A DNA stretch of 64,000 nt from Ophelia neglecta (taxonomy: Eukaryota). Shown here piece after piece: positions 63,784 through 64,000 of this stretch. The notes under the pieces are model-generated. The model did not search any database, was not told where the DNA came from, and saw only the letters and a list, made by a program, of their open reading frames with translations. The stretch's first letter is position 1. The number at the start of each line of letters is the position of its first letter. The stretch lies in contig OZ260662.1 of assembly GCA_965285935.1 (NCBI GenBank), forward strand, positions 75,702,001 through 75,766,000. Reading direction: 5' to 3'. The translations under genes and the position numbers were made by a program.

Positions 63784-64000
63784 GTATAAGTATTATGTAT
63801 CAGTGTTATAAATGTATGGTATGATTTAAAAGCTGTGTTTTTATTATCATTATACCTTCACCACTCTTTATTCGGAATGCAATCATGACCGCCTATTCAA
63901 TGCCATGACATTAAAGGGCGACCATATATACATGGAGCTATTTCTGGCGTATTGATGAGTTATAGAATAGATTAGGTAATATTAATATGAATAGTCATCA

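Overview
AT-rich, intron-containing animal genomic DNA, most likely from an invertebrate bilaterian; the taxon cannot be fixed from the sequence. No prokaryotic features, CRISPR array, rRNA or tRNA were seen. Four spliced genes were rebuilt by hand with GT-AG introns and consistent phases: (1) a 15-exon secreted PqaA/AprA-like alpha/beta-hydrolase (+, 5552-18107, 485 aa); (2) CEP19 (-, 20151-20648); (3) EMSY (+, 24452-38558, 22 coding exons, about 1257 aa), head-to-head with CEP19 and carrying a C-terminal bromodomain that vertebrate EMSY lacks; (4) a FAM124 family gene (-, 40128-46358, about 765 aa). Introns and intergenic DNA hold many mobile elements. These include a young APE-RT LINE inserted into a Harbinger remnant, hAT-like non-autonomous elements with 8-, 6- and 5-bp target-site duplications (TSDs), a three-level nest of DNA transposons, a Helentron-associated (HINE-like) satellite carrier and a 5'-truncated LINE. 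About 17 kb (47-63 kb) has no recognisable coding exon. The main leads are the EMSY-bromodomain fusion, the catalytically intact secreted AprA-like enzyme with a decayed duplicate upstream, a spatially patterned excess of TA-flanked palindromic octamers (TAGGCCTA, TAGATCTA), and a candidate micro-exon with structured intronic elements in EMSY.
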